From Candidatus Pacebacteria bacterium UBA6180 (GTDB lineage Bacteria; Patescibacteriota; Microgenomatia; UBA1400; PJMF01): 64,000 nt of DNA. Shown here one piece after another: positions 41,514-52,142 of this stretch. How positions within the stretch are numbered: the first letter of the stretch is position 1; every line of letters starts with the position of its first letter. The notes below the pieces were generated by a model. The model was given only the letters and a program-made list of their open reading frames with translations, had not been told where the DNA came from and searched no databases. The stretch is from contig DITQ01000002.1 in assembly GCA_002422165.1 (NCBI GenBank), positions 13,174 through 77,173 on the forward strand, read 5' to 3'. A program made the position numbers and the translations under genes.

Positions 41514-42230
41514 ATGATCGATTTAGTTGCCCGTCAAATCCAAATTTTACGCGCCATCATCGAAGAATTCATCGAGACTGGCATGCCGGTTGGTTCAGAA
41601 AAGATTGATAAGAAGTTCAACATCGGTGTTTCCCCAGCGACCATTCGTAATGAAATGGTTTATCTGACCAAACAAGGCTACTTGATAAAATCTCACATCA
41701 GTGCCGGCCGCGTGCCTACTGCCCTGGCGATGCGCCTCTACATCAACGAATTAGTCAAGGAAAAGGAGCTCTCTGTTGCCGATGAAGTGGGCGTCAAAGA
41801 AAAAATTTGGCGCTATCGCCACCAGATGGAGGACTTGCTTTACGAGACTTCACGAGTTTTGGCAGAAAAATCGCACGCACTTGGTATCGCCATGAACGCT
41901 GAGGGCAGGATGTTTCACTCTGGCTACGCCAATTTATTGCAGATGCCGGAATTTTACGACATCAATTTGACCAGACAGGTGCTGCAGATGATCGAGGAAG
42001 ACCGAATTATGGATCAGATTTTTGACAGCAATCGCAGCGAAAACACGGTCAAGGTTGTTTTTGGTCAAGAACTTGGCAATCGTGATCTGGATCAGATCAG
42101 TATCATGTTTGTCGAGTTGCCAAATAGTAATTGCCGCTTTGGCGTTTTGGGTTCGACGCGCTTTGATTATTCTTACGTTTTGCCAATAATGAAATATTTC
42201 AAAGGGTTGATTGAGAGCATGGAGGAATAA
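41514..42230 (+). CDS. hrcA: heat-inducible transcription repressor HrcA (short form)
   Basis: RQIQILRAII, PVGS, SPATIRNEM, HISAGRVPT, GSTRFDY. Confidence 0.95.
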   Translation: MIDLVARQIQILRAIIEEFIETGMPVGSEKIDKKFNIGVSPATIRNEMVYLTKQGYLIKSHISAGRVPTALAMRLYINELVKEKELSVADEVGVKEKIWRYRHQMEDLLYETSRVLAEKSHALGIAMNAEGRMFHSGYANLLQMPEFYDINLTRQVLQMIEEDRIMDQIFDSNRSENTVKVVFGQELGNRDLDQISIMFVELPNSNCRFGVLGSTRFDYSYVLPIMKYFKGLIESMEE

Positions 42231-42231
42231 G

Positions 42232-42399
42232 TTTTTAATATTTAAACTTCAATACAGACACGCTCGACTAAAACTTATGCCTATTTTAGTTAGCCATCTT
42301 TGTCTCGTTCAAAGAAAGAGCTGTCTACAAACAAATTAAATTATTTAAGATTCTGCCCAGCTCTTTCTATGGTCTGTCTTAAAGTCTAAATATTAAAAA
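42232..42399 (+). ncRNA. candidate structured RNA element, copy C (hrcA-grpE spacer)
   Basis: 17/18-bp outer IR tttttaatatttaaactt/aagtctaaatattaaaaa, acagac-a-cg/tg-gtctgt, agaaagagctg/cagctctttct. Confidence 0.65.
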
Positions 42400-42417
42400 T
42401 TAATAAAAAAATTAAGA

Positions 42418-42894
42418 ATGCATAAACCAAAAACCAACCAACAAGGTCAGACGCAGCAGCCAGCTGAATCCGTCAGTGATGAGCAGCGTCAAATCCAAGA
42501 ATTGCAGTTATTGCTCGCCAGTTCTCTGGAGAGGGAAAAGCGCGCACTTGCTGACTATCAGAACTTGCAGCGTCGCAGTCAAGAAGATCGCCACAACTTG
42601 ATCAAAATGGCCAACAAAGATCTTTGCCAGGCGCTTTTGCAGCCCTTAGAGCATTTGTCTCTAGCCGCGCTTAATTTGCACGACAAGGGACTCGACATGG
42701 TTTTGGAGCAATTTTGGAAGGAATTGAGTAACTTTGGTCTGCAAGAGATTTCTGTTTTGGGACAAGCTTTTGATCTAAACACCATGGAAGTGGTCGACAA
42801 AAAAGAGCGTGGTGAGAAGGTAATCGAGGTGGTGCGCAAAGGCTACTATTTGAATGATGAAGTCATCCAGCACGCCCAGGTAATTCTTGACTAG
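42418..42894 (+). CDS. grpE: nucleotide exchange factor GrpE
   Basis: RALADYQNLQRR, GQAFDLNTME, KGYYL...AQV. Confidence 0.94.
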   Translation: MHKPKTNQQGQTQQPAESVSDEQRQIQELQLLLASSLEREKRALADYQNLQRRSQEDRHNLIKMANKDLCQALLQPLEHLSLAALNLHDKGLDMVLEQFWKELSNFGLQEISVLGQAFDLNTMEVVDKKERGEKVIEVVRKGYYLNDEVIQHAQVILD

Positions 42895-42919
42895 ATTGAA
42901 TTATCAAGCTAAATTGACT

Positions 42920-42946
42920 CTAGCAGTCGCAAGCTTGGTCTGCTAA
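42920..42946 (+). promoter_or_regulatory. CIRCE upstream of dnaK
   Basis: CTAGCAGTC-N9-GTCTGCTAA between TTGACT and TGCTAAAAT. Confidence 0.75.
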
Positions 42947-43002
42947 AATAACTCACATTAACTTACAAAAACGGCAACAAACAGTCACAGAAAGGACAAA
43001 TT

Positions 43003-44919
43003 ATGTCGAAAATTATCGGTATTGATCTAGGCACCACCAACTCCGCCATTGCGGTCATGCAGGGTGGCTCACCAGTAATTATTCCTACCAGCGAAGGTCG
43101 CAACACCTTCCCATCGATCGTTGGCTTCAAAAATGACGATGTCATCGTCGGTGATCCAGCCAAGCGTCAAATGGTGCTCAACGCCAAAAAGACCGTTAAT
43201 TCAGTCAAGCGTTTTATGGGGCGCAAGCTAAACGACAGCGCTGTCAAACCGGCCATCAAACATGTTTCCTATGAGGTCACTGAAGGTAAAGACGGTATGG
43301 CCGTGGTTAGTATTGACGGCAAGAAATTCACTCCGCAGGAGATTTCTGCCAAAATTCTTGCCAAAGCTAAGGCTGATGCTGAGGGTTTCCTTGGGGAAAA
43401 AGTCGATCGCGCAGTTATTACTGTTCCAGCCTATTTCAATGATGCCCAACGCCAAGCCACCAAGCAAGCTGGCGAGATCGCTGGTTTGAAGGTCGAGCGC
43501 ATCGTCAACGAACCCACCGCTGCCGCTCTAGCTTACGGTCTAGACAAAAAAGGTTCCAAAACTATTGCCGTCTACGATTTAGGTGGAGGCACTTTTGACA
43601 TTTCTATCCTTGAGATTGGCGACGGCGTCTTCGAGGTCAAATCGACCAATGGTGACACTTTTCTAGGTGGTGACGACTTTGATAGCGCCATCATCGAGTG
43701 GATTGTCGCAGAATTTAAGAAAGACCAAGGCAAAGACCTCAATAAAGATCCTCAAGCCATGCAGCGCGTCAAAGATGCTGCGGAAAAAGCCAAGATCGAG
43801 CTCTCTGCTTCCGCCAGCACTGAAATCAACCAGCCTTTTATCACTCAAGGTGAAGATGGCCAACCTCTGCATCTGACTTTGACTCTAACAAGAGCTAAGT
43901 TAGAAGAATTGGTTGATGATTTAATCAAAAAATCCATTGAACCAGTCAAAAAAGCTTTGGCCGACGCCAAATTGACCGCCAAAGATATTGATGAAGTGGT
44001 TTTGGTCGGCGGTATGACTCGTATGCCTAAAGTCCAGCAAGTCGTCAAAGAATTTTTTGGCAAAGATCCTCACAAGGGAGTCAACCCAGACGAAGTGGTC
44101 GCCATCGGTGCTGCAGTGCAGGCCGGAGTCATCTCTGGTGACGTTAACGACGTGGTTTTGCTTGATGTAACACCTTTGACTCTCGGTATCGAGACTTTGG
44201 GTGGCATTCGCACTCCATTGATCGATCGCAACACCACCATCCCAACCAGTAAATCGCAGGTTTTCTCGACGGCTGCTGACAATCAGACTCAAGTAGAGAT
44301 CAACGTTCTGCAAGGTGAGCGTGAAATGGCAGTCGACAATAAGAGTTTGGGACGCTTTATCCTCGATGGTATTCCCGCTGCGATGCGCGGTATGCCACAA
44401 ATCGAAGTCACTTTTGACATCGATAGCAACGGAATTTTGCACGTTACTGCCAAGGATAAAACTTCAGGTAAAGAGCAGAAGATCACCATTCAGAATTCCA
44501 CGAACCTCTCTGAAGAGGAAGTGGAGAAGATGAAAGCTGACGCCGAGAAATATGCTGAAGCAGACAAAGCCAAGAAAGCGTTGATCGAGGCCAAAAACAA
44601 AGCCACTAGTGTCGCTTTTGAGATGGAGAAACAGCTCAAAGAATATGGTGAACATCTCGAGACAGCGGATAAAAGCAAGATCGAGGAAGATGTCAAGAAG
44701 CTCCAAGAATTGGCTGCTAAGGAGGACGTTAGTCTAGAAGAACTCGAAAAAGCCATCGAAGCCACCATGACTTCCGCCCAAAAAATCGGCGAAGCCATGC
44801 AAAAAGCCCAGGCTAAGACTGCTGGCGCTGCAACTGATGGCGCCAAAGAGGGTCAAAAAGATGAAAAAGCCGAAGCTGACAAAAAAGAAGCTGAGGAAGG
44901 CGAGGTAGTCAAAGAGTAA
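43003..44919 (+). CDS. dnaK: chaperone DnaK
   Basis: [32 protein letters not shown]. Confidence 0.99.
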   Translation: MSKIIGIDLGTTNSAIAVMQGGSPVIIPTSEGRNTFPSIVGFKNDDVIVGDPAKRQMVLNAKKTVNSVKRFMGRKLNDSAVKPAIKHVSYEVTEGKDGMAVVSIDGKKFTPQEISAKILAKAKADAEGFLGEKVDRAVITVPAYFNDAQRQATKQAGEIAGLKVERIVNEPTAAALAYGLDKKGSKTIAVYDLGGGTFDISILEIGDGVFEVKSTNGDTFLGGDDFDSAIIEWIVAEFKKDQGKDLNKDPQAMQRVKDAAEKAKIELSASASTEINQPFITQGEDGQPLHLTLTLTRAKLEELVDDLIKKSIEPVKKALADAKLTAKDIDEVVLVGGMTRMPKVQQVVKEFFGKDPHKGVNPDEVVAIGAAVQAGVISGDVNDVVLLDVTPLTLGIETLGGIRTPLIDRNTTIPTSKSQVFSTAADNQTQVEINVLQGEREMAVDNKSLGRFILDGIPAAMRGMPQIEVTFDIDSNGILHVTAKDKTSGKEQKITIQNSTNLSEEEVEKMKADAEKYAEADKAKKALIEAKNKATSVAFEMEKQLKEYGEHLETADKSKIEEDVKKLQELAAKEDVSLEELEKAIEATMTSAQKIGEAMQKAQAKTAGAATDGAKEGQKDEKAEADKKEAEEGEVVKE

Positions 44920-44933
44920 AAATTAGTGGTTGA

Positions 44934-44967
44934 GGCAGCGCTCGAGCCTGATGGCCCGAGCGCTGCC
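44934..44967 (+). terminator. GC-rich hairpin between dnaK and dnaJ
   Basis: ggcagcgctcg...cgagcgctgcc stem with a weak U tract; stabiliser or partial terminator. Confidence 0.55.
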
Positions 44968-44986
44968 CATTATTTAGTCAATTTAT

Positions 44987-45868
44987 ATGTCAGCCAAGCG
45001 TGATTATTATGAAGTTTTGGGAGTGAGCAAGTCTGCTAGTGCTGCGGAAATCAAAGCCGCTTATCGCAAGTTGGCGCTCAAGTTTCACCCCGATCGCAAC
45101 AAAGAATCCGGCAGCGAAGCGAAATTCAAAGAAATCAACGAAGCTTACCAAATCCTTTCCGACGCCAAAAAAAAACAAACCTACGATCAGTTTGGTCATG
45201 CTGCTTTTGACCCATCCTCTGGTATGGGAGGCGGCCAAGGGCCTTTTGGCGGTGGTTTCGGTGGTTTTGGGGCCGGTCAGGCTGGCGGCTTCAACTGGTC
45301 TTCTTATTCTAGTGCTGCTGGCGGAGAAAACATTGATTTTGGTGATCCTTTTGAAATTTTTGAACAATTTTTTGGTGGTGGTTTTGGCGGCGGTGGCTCA
45401 AGACGCCGCCGCCCACACTACTCGATGAAAGTTGATTTCATGGAAGCTATCGAGGGGGTTGAAAAAGAAGTTGAGATCGAGGGCAAAAGACAAAAAATCA
45501 AAGTGCCCGCTGGTGCCAACGATGGCACCCGCTTGCGCTTCACTGATTTCGATGTCTCGATTGATGTCGGCACTCACCCCAAATTCAAGCGCGATGGCTA
45601 TGATATTTTTATCGATCAATTAGTCGACTTTAGTACTGCTGCCCTGGGTGGCCAGATCGAAGTTGAGACTTTGACCGGCCAGATCAAGCTCAAAGTTCGC
45701 CCCGGTACTCCCTCGCATTCTCTAGTGCGTCTCCGCGGCGAAGGTGTCACTCACTTGCAGCGTCGTGGTAAAGGTGATCTCTATGTACGCTTAATCGTTA
45801 GCGTTCCTGAAAAATTGACGAGGGAGCAGAGGCAAGCCTTACAGAATTTGACTGAGACGGGGCTATAA
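44987..45868 (+). CDS. dnaJ: DnaJ-family chaperone lacking the zinc finger (class B)
   Basis: J domain with HPD, G/F region, DnaJ C-domain; no CxxCxGxG repeats. Confidence 0.92.
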   Translation: MSAKRDYYEVLGVSKSASAAEIKAAYRKLALKFHPDRNKESGSEAKFKEINEAYQILSDAKKKQTYDQFGHAAFDPSSGMGGGQGPFGGGFGGFGAGQAGGFNWSSYSSAAGGENIDFGDPFEIFEQFFGGGFGGGGSRRRRPHYSMKVDFMEAIEGVEKEVEIEGKRQKIKVPAGANDGTRLRFTDFDVSIDVGTHPKFKRDGYDIFIDQLVDFSTAALGGQIEVETLTGQIKLKVRPGTPSHSLVRLRGEGVTHLQRRGKGDLYVRLIVSVPEKLTREQRQALQNLTETGL

Positions 45869-45919
45869 TCGCCACTAATTCTTGCCAAAAATGGTACTTT
45901 ATGCCATAATTCATACATT

Positions 45920-46174
45920 ATGCATACAATAAACGTATCTTTACCTTCCAAACTGAAATCTCAAGCTGACGATATGGTCAAGGCTGGCTATTACGCTTCA
46001 TTCAGCGATCTGGTTAGAACTGCCCTTCGTCAGACCTTATCAGAAATCAACCTCGAAGCTCTGGCTGGTCAAGCCGTCAGAGAACATCAGTCTGGTCAGG
46101 CTTTGATTTTACATGATAGTCAAGATGTCGACACCTACTTGGATGAAGTTTTTGATAAGGATAAAAATAAATGA
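45920..46174 (+). CDS. ribbon-helix-helix antitoxin (ParD-like)
   Basis: TINVSLP...VKAGYYASFSDLVRTALR. Confidence 0.82.
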   Translation: MHTINVSLPSKLKSQADDMVKAGYYASFSDLVRTALRQTLSEINLEALAGQAVREHQSGQALILHDSQDVDTYLDEVFDKDKNK

Positions 46175-46428
46175 AGTTGGTTGTTTCTGCACATTTCCAT
46201 AAATCCTTAATCAAGCTATCTGTCAAAAATTCCAAATTAAAAAAACAAATTTCTAAAACCTTAAAATTACTGACGACTTCTCCGCACCATCCCTCTTTGC
46301 GTCTTCATAAATTATCAAGCAAAAATGATTACTCTGTCTCGGTCAATATGAGTATCAGAATAATTTTGCGTTTCGTCGGAGAAGATATCTATTTACTTGA
46401 AATTGGTTCTCATGACGAAGTCTACTGA
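46171..46428 (+). CDS. RelE/YafQ-family mRNA interferase toxin
   Basis: HPSLRLHKL, SVSVNMSIRI, IGSHDEVY; ATGA overlap with the antitoxin. Confidence 0.85.
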   Translation: MKLVVSAHFHKSLIKLSVKNSKLKKQISKTLKLLTTSPHHPSLRLHKLSSKNDYSVSVNMSIRIILRFVGEDIYLLEIGSHDEVY

Positions 46429-46485
46429 AGGTGCATATTTACATTTTTTCTGCTATAATAACCCTTAGCTTGTTTAGTTAGGGAG

Positions 46486-46515
46486 AAGGACTGTTGAGAG
46501 ACAAGTCCTTTTTTT
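46486..46515 (+). terminator. intrinsic terminator/attenuator in the nusA leader
   Basis: aaggact...agtcctt plus T run, downstream of TGCTATAAT (46451-46459) and upstream of the nusA ATG. Confidence 0.65.
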
Positions 46516-46558
46516 CTTAGCAAAAGCGTTTTTTAATAAAATTAGAGAAAGAAATCTT

Positions 46559-47806
46559 ATGGCTACCGTGCAAAATGCCAACCTAGTTAGAACTGAATTC
46601 GCTGCTGCGATCACCCAGATTGCAACCGAGCGCAAAATCGATCCAGCCGACATTTACGAAGCGATCCGCCAGGCTTTGGTCTCGGCTTACCGCAAGCAAA
46701 TGGGCGACCTCGATGAGGCTTTCCACTACTACGTCAAACTCGACGAGAGTAATGGTTCGGCCCGAATTCTCAAGGCGCCTGTCACCAAGATGGACGAGGA
46801 AACCCTCGAACCGCTCGAGTGGGATGAGAAAAAAGAAGAGGATGTCACTCCCGCTGGTTTTGGTCGCATCGCCGCCCAAACTGCCAAGCAGGTTATCCTG
46901 CAACGCATCCGTCGCTCCGAGCGCGACACCATTATCGCTGCTTACCGCGACCGCATTGGAGAAGTCGTCACGGGTCAAGTGCTGCGCATGCAAGGCCGCG
47001 CCGTCATCATCGACATTGGTCGTGGTCAAGCTTTCATGCCCCCAGAAGAGCAGATGCGCGGGGAATTTTACCGCCTCAACCAACGTTTAGCTGTTTTGAT
47101 CAAGGAAATTAGCGAAACAGTTCGCGGTGAGCAAATTATCGTGACCAGAGCCGCCGCTGAGTTAGTCAGCAAGCTTTTCGAACGTGAAGTGCCTGAGGTT
47201 TCCTCTGGAGCAGTCGAAATTGTCGCTATCGCCCGCGAAGCTGGCGTGCGCACCAAATTGACCGTTAAATCCACCCAAGAAGGTGTGGATCCAGTCGGCT
47301 CTTGTGTCGGTCAGCGCGGTGTCCGCGTCCAGAAAGTCATCGAAGAATTAAACAACGAAAAAGTCGACATCATTCCTTACTCGGCTGATGATCGTTTGCT
47401 GCTCCAGGGAGCTCTAGCTCCGGCTGAGGGCTTGCAAATCGAAGTAGACCAAACTAGGCGTCAAGTGGTCGTCACCGCTCCCGACGACCAGCTTTCGCTG
47501 GCCATCGGTCGCGGCGGTCAAAATGTCCGCCTCGCTGCCAAACTGACTGGTTACCAAATCACTGTCAAGTCCGCTTCGGGTCAGGTGCAATCATCCGTGA
47601 CGGGTAAGGAAGATTACGAAATCGATACCTTCGGTTTGACTGATGACACTCGAGAAGTTTTGATCCAGCACAAGTTGACCACCTTGGCTGACCTGGTGCG
47701 TTTCCGCGATAAATGGGTTAATATGAATGAAGTCGTCGAGGCTGACCAGAAGATTTTGTTAGCCAAAGTGGCCGAATATCTCGAGGCCGAAAGTGCTCGC
47801 GAATAA
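46559..47806 (+). CDS. nusA: transcription termination factor NusA
   Basis: FGRIAAQTAKQVI, AREAGVRTK, GSCVGQRG, AIGRGGQNVRLA. Confidence 0.98.
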   Translation: MATVQNANLVRTEFAAAITQIATERKIDPADIYEAIRQALVSAYRKQMGDLDEAFHYYVKLDESNGSARILKAPVTKMDEETLEPLEWDEKKEEDVTPAGFGRIAAQTAKQVILQRIRRSERDTIIAAYRDRIGEVVTGQVLRMQGRAVIIDIGRGQAFMPPEEQMRGEFYRLNQRLAVLIKEISETVRGEQIIVTRAAAELVSKLFEREVPEVSSGAVEIVAIAREAGVRTKLTVKSTQEGVDPVGSCVGQRGVRVQKVIEELNNEKVDIIPYSADDRLLLQGALAPAEGLQIEVDQTRRQVVVTAPDDQLSLAIGRGGQNVRLAAKLTGYQITVKSASGQVQSSVTGKEDYEIDTFGLTDDTREVLIQHKLTTLADLVRFRDKWVNMNEVVEADQKILLAKVAEYLEAESARE

Positions 47807-47824
47807 CGGATAAGAACATAAAAA

Positions 47825-49309
47825 ATGCTACAAAAAAGAGCGCCAATCATCACCATCATGGGTCACGTCGATCACGGCAAGACTTCGCTCTTGGATTTTA
47901 TCCGCAGCAGCAAGCTGGCTGCGCGTGAAGCTGGTGGTATCACTCAGCACATCGGGGCTTATCAGGTCGAGTTTGCTGCCCAAAAAATCACTTTCATCGA
48001 CACTCCTGGTCACGCTGCCTTCAACAAAATGCGTCAGCGTGGCGCCCAGATTACTGATCTGGTGATTTTAGTGGTGGCCGCCAATGACGGTGTTAAACCC
48101 CAGACCCTCGAATCGATTCGTTTCATCAAAGAGAGTCAAGTGCCTTTCATCGTGGCGATCAACAAAGTTGATTTGCCTGATCTTCACCTAGAAGTGGTTA
48201 AAGGTCAGCTGGCCGAAGCTGGCGTGCTACTGCAAGAATATGGCGGCGATGTCGAAGCGGTGGAAATTTCTGCCAAAACTGGTCTAGGTGTCGACAAGCT
48301 GCTCGAAACAATTGTCGTCATGGCTGACCTACTTGAGCTGCAGGCTGATCCAGCCGCTCCTCTCGAAGCAGTGGTGATTGAATCTAGCAAAGAAAAGAAT
48401 AAAGGTTCGGTGGCCCGCGTCATCGTGCGCTCTGGCACCCTGCAAGTGCGCCAAGAGCTCATTGTCGATGAGATTACTGGCCGCGTGCGCTTGCTGGAAA
48501 ATGAACTTGGTCAAGCGCTGACGCAAGTTTTGCCAGGTGAGCCAGCGCAAATCATCGGTCTGGACGAAGCCCCTGAAGTAGGCAGCGTCATTCGTGACAA
48601 GAATGCCAGCTACGAGGCTGATCTGACCGCCGAATTTAGTCGCACTGGTGAACTAGAAAAATCTTTCCGCCTAAGTGAGGAAATTAATTGGGAAAATGTC
48701 GATCTCGACGTCATGCTCGGGGATCGTGAGAAAATCAAGCTGATCGTCAAAGCTGACGTCAAGGGCACTCTCGAAGCGATTTTACAGAGTTTGGACCGCG
48801 ACAGCGTCGATGTCATCGCTTGTGGGGTCGGTCAAATCACCGAACAGGACATGGAATTGGCTCGCGATGGTAAAGTTTTATTGATCGCTTTTAACCTCAA
48901 AGTTAGCTCTACCCAGAAGAAACAAGCCAAAAACTTGGGGGTCAAAATCAAAGAATACAACATCATTTATCACTTGATTGAAGATTTGCAGCAGAGCATG
49001 CTCAAGCTGATGGATGCCACTTTTGACGAAGTGGTCACCGGCGAGGCGGAAATCCTGCAAATTTTCGACATGAAGGGCGAGACCATTGCTGGCGTGCGAG
49101 TGCGCACCGGCGAGCTGAAGAAAGCTGATCTTCTCCACCTCAAGCGCGGCGACGACATCATCGCCAACCCCGTTCTCAAATCCATGAAGCACGGCAAAGA
49201 AGACATCGACCGCATCGGCCCCAAAAACGAAGGCGGCCTGACTTTCAAGAACCGCAAGCTCGATTTCCAAGTTGGCGACGTGATTGTGGCGTATAAAAAG
49301 GAAAGTTAA
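47825..49309 (+). CDS. infB: translation initiation factor IF-2 (no N-terminal domain)
   Basis: GHVDHGKT at residue 13, GGITQHIG, DTPGH, NKVD. Confidence 0.97.
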   Translation: MLQKRAPIITIMGHVDHGKTSLLDFIRSSKLAAREAGGITQHIGAYQVEFAAQKITFIDTPGHAAFNKMRQRGAQITDLVILVVAANDGVKPQTLESIRFIKESQVPFIVAINKVDLPDLHLEVVKGQLAEAGVLLQEYGGDVEAVEISAKTGLGVDKLLETIVVMADLLELQADPAAPLEAVVIESSKEKNKGSVARVIVRSGTLQVRQELIVDEITGRVRLLENELGQALTQVLPGEPAQIIGLDEAPEVGSVIRDKNASYEADLTAEFSRTGELEKSFRLSEEINWENVDLDVMLGDREKIKLIVKADVKGTLEAILQSLDRDSVDVIACGVGQITEQDMELARDGKVLLIAFNLKVSSTQKKQAKNLGVKIKEYNIIYHLIEDLQQSMLKLMDATFDEVVTGEAEILQIFDMKGETIAGVRVRTGELKKADLLHLKRGDDIIANPVLKSMKHGKEDIDRIGPKNEGGLTFKNRKLDFQVGDVIVAYKKES

Positions 49310-49490
49310 GTTTTTAGTTCTTTGTTCGAGCCTCTGTTTTTAGTTTTTAGCTGAATTTTTTTTGGAGAAGCTTCTCCCCCCCACAAACATAACAAAGTAT
49401 CTCAAAAAGATTCATTTGCAATTCTGCTGTTTGACTCGACGGGGATATTGTTTTTAAATGGAGATAGGTAGTTTAATTTGGAAAGAAATT

Positions 49491-52124
49491 ATGTCAGAAA
49501 TTCAAGCTTCGCAAACACAGGTAGATGAAATAAAAACATCCATAAAAAATGCTTTACCGAATACGGGGGCATTAGGAATGAATGATCGTTTACAAGGATT
49601 GGTTGCTAGCAATGAGCGTGCTTTTGCTTTGGGTAGATTTAATAAATCAGAAAAAATTGGCGTGGTTGGAGACATGGAGGACTCCTTGAATTTCTGGGCT
49701 ACCGAGCTTGGTTTGACTCAAGACAGTAAAGAATTAAAAGCTTTTTCTAAATTTTTAAAACAAAAAGGAGCTAAAGAAGCATTTAAGTTAGTTACTGATC
49801 GCGAAATGACTGGTAAAAGCAAAGAAGATCAAGCTGAATTTATGTCTGCTGGTATGGAAAGTCTCAAAGAAATGGTGTCAACTCTGATGGAGATTAAAAG
49901 TGAGTCTAATAGTTCTCCTGAAATGGAACAAGAACTTGCTGAACTATGGCAAAACTTCTTAAATGGCAGTGAAGCTGATCGCAAGGCAATTCGTGGTTTC
50001 ATTAAAGAAGCTAGTAAGGCTAAGAGAGAAGCTTGGACCAATCTTAAAGAATTGCATAAGAGTCAGGAAGATTTGGATAAAGCTAATAAATTTAGATCTA
50101 GAGCTGATCGTGTTAAATCATCCAAAGATCCAGATAAGTATCGATTTACTTCTATGGCTGGAGGTCCAGTCCGCAAACTTTTATCTATTATGAGCCGTTT
50201 GCCTGGAGCAGTTCCAAGGAGATTTGTGGAGATGTTTAGCAGTTCAGATAAAAATGATGAGAATTACGAAATGAATTTGTCAGTTGAGTTGAGAGCAAAG
50301 ATTTTATCTTCCGGTGACACTGCGAGAGTTTTAAGTATGTGGAGAGATGGTGTTTTAAGCACTAATGAATTAGGAGATTTAAGAAAAAAAATGATTGCTG
50401 AAATGGCTACAGATAGTATGTCCAATCCTTTAACTCCAGAGGAAAAAACTGCTTTGGAAAATAACGAAGAACTAGGTAGATATCAAAAAGAGGGTGTTTT
50501 TATAAGTGTAAGTAGAGATGTGCAGGCAAAACACTTTCAAGAATATTTCCAGGAGAAGCAAGACGTCGCTTTGGAACAATACACCAAGGCTCAAGATAGA
50601 TATCTTGGCTTTAGTTTTGATAATGCTTCAAATTGGCAGAAAATTTTAGCTGCTGGCGCAGTGGAAATCGATCTTGTTTTACCAGAGTGGTTTAAAGAAC
50701 TTACCGTACCCATGGCTGATACTCTTGGAAAAGGAGTTTTAACTTTGGGAGAAGATATCGGTAAAGAAGTCGGATTTATTGTCGATAATATGGAAGGCAT
50801 GATTGCAGGAAGTGCTTTGGAAGATTTGAGTTCTACCACAGTAGCCAGAGAAATGGCGGTAGAAAATCTTCTTGCTTTACTTAATTCTGTAGATGGAGAG
50901 AATGATCCAAAAGAGGTTGCTAAAGCAGCTGAAATTTTACGTGGGGCTGAGGCTGCAATGGCCAGAACAGCCATGATGGTGGCGAGAGCTGTTGATACCG
51001 TGTCGATTACTGAAGGTAAAGGTTTGGCTTTATCAGCGGTTCTTTCTCCAATCGAATTAGCTGAAGCTGGTTTAGATGCTGCCACTGGCGGAATTATGTT
51101 CAGAGAAAACGCCTTAAAAATCCTTAAAGAGCTCAAAGATAGAACTAAGAAATTATTGGATGGAGATGGCGCACTTAAAGATGCTGCTGTTGGACTAGCT
51201 AGTGAGGGCAACATTAAAAAGAAAGAGTTAGCCGAAAAAGCGCACAAAACTGAAGCCAACTGGTTTGATGGTAAGGTTGTGGAGGTTGGTGTTCCAGAAC
51301 AGTATATGGATAGAGACACCATGAACGAACACATAAATAAAACCATTTTTTCTAGAATGGCTGAAAAATTAAGAAGTGCTATGGGTCCTGAAACTACTCT
51401 GGCTAAAAAGAGTCAAGTTTGGAGAACTCTAACAATAGGAAGCAAGAGGCAATCTGTTGAAGAAGTTTCTGAAGCAACTTCTACTAGACGTCAAGAAGCT
51501 ACAGTCGGTGTTGAGTATCTGAAAGAAAAATTGAAAGAAGTTGTTGCTGGAGCTGAGAGAGCTAATCTAGCTGCCCAGGAAGCTACATTAATTTCTCTAA
51601 GAGAAGCACAGAGAAAATTTACTGGTAGTGAGCTTAAACAAATTTCTGAAAGAGCAAAATTAGATAAGATGTGGAGAGATGTTTTTGCTCTTGGAGCAGG
51701 AGCAGCCGCTGTGGCTTTAGCTGCTACTGCCGCGGCTGGTTTAGATGCTGTGGCTGGCAATTGGGTAGATGTTGCCGGATCACATTTAAGTAAAGTATCA
51801 GAACAATTAAAAGTAATGAAAGAAGGCATGGTTGAGATTGCAAAAATTGCTAAAGAAGCTGGTTTGCCATCAGCAGAAGCTGGTGGTAATTGGGATGTTT
51901 GGTTGAAGCAAGTATTTGGAGTTGAGCTTGGAACACTCAATTTAAATGCGGCAGAAGCAGCTAGAGATTATGCTCCTGGTGTCAAAACAGTTTTAGTAGG
52001 AGTCTTAAAAGCTGTTCCAATTTTGGCGGCATTGAGAAGTTCATGGAACTTAATTCCTGGTAAAGCTAGAGCATTCACTGACTTTATGGGTGCTAGCAAA
52101 GTTGAAGGTGTTAACGTAGTATAA
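49491..52124 (+). CDS. large helical hypothetical protein (AT-rich)
   Basis: 877-aa ORF from ATG 49491 (alternative 49458); coiled-coil-like with Ala/Gly hydrophobic segments near the C-terminus. Confidence 0.8.
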   Translation: MSEIQASQTQVDEIKTSIKNALPNTGALGMNDRLQGLVASNERAFALGRFNKSEKIGVVGDMEDSLNFWATELGLTQDSKELKAFSKFLKQKGAKEAFKLVTDREMTGKSKEDQAEFMSAGMESLKEMVSTLMEIKSESNSSPEMEQELAELWQNFLNGSEADRKAIRGFIKEASKAKREAWTNLKELHKSQEDLDKANKFRSRADRVKSSKDPDKYRFTSMAGGPVRKLLSIMSRLPGAVPRRFVEMFSSSDKNDENYEMNLSVELRAKILSSGDTARVLSMWRDGVLSTNELGDLRKKMIAEMATDSMSNPLTPEEKTALENNEELGRYQKEGVFISVSRDVQAKHFQEYFQEKQDVALEQYTKAQDRYLGFSFDNASNWQKILAAGAVEIDLVLPEWFKELTVPMADTLGKGVLTLGEDIGKEVGFIVDNMEGMIAGSALEDLSSTTVAREMAVENLLALLNSVDGENDPKEVAKAAEILRGAEAAMARTAMMVARAVDTVSITEGKGLALSAVLSPIELAEAGLDAATGGIMFRENALKILKELKDRTKKLLDGDGALKDAAVGLASEGNIKKKELAEKAHKTEANWFDGKVVEVGVPEQYMDRDTMNEHINKTIFSRMAEKLRSAMGPETTLAKKSQVWRTLTIGSKRQSVEEVSEATSTRRQEATVGVEYLKEKLKEVVAGAERANLAAQEATLISLREAQRKFTGSELKQISERAKLDKMWRDVFALGAGAAAVALAATAAAGLDAVAGNWVDVAGSHLSKVSEQLKVMKEGMVEIAKIAKEAGLPSAEAGGNWDVWLKQVFGVELGTLNLNAAEAARDYAPGVKTVLVGVLKAVPILAALRSSWNLIPGKARAFTDFMGASKVEGVNVV

Positions 52125-52142
52125 AAATATTTAGGAAAAATT

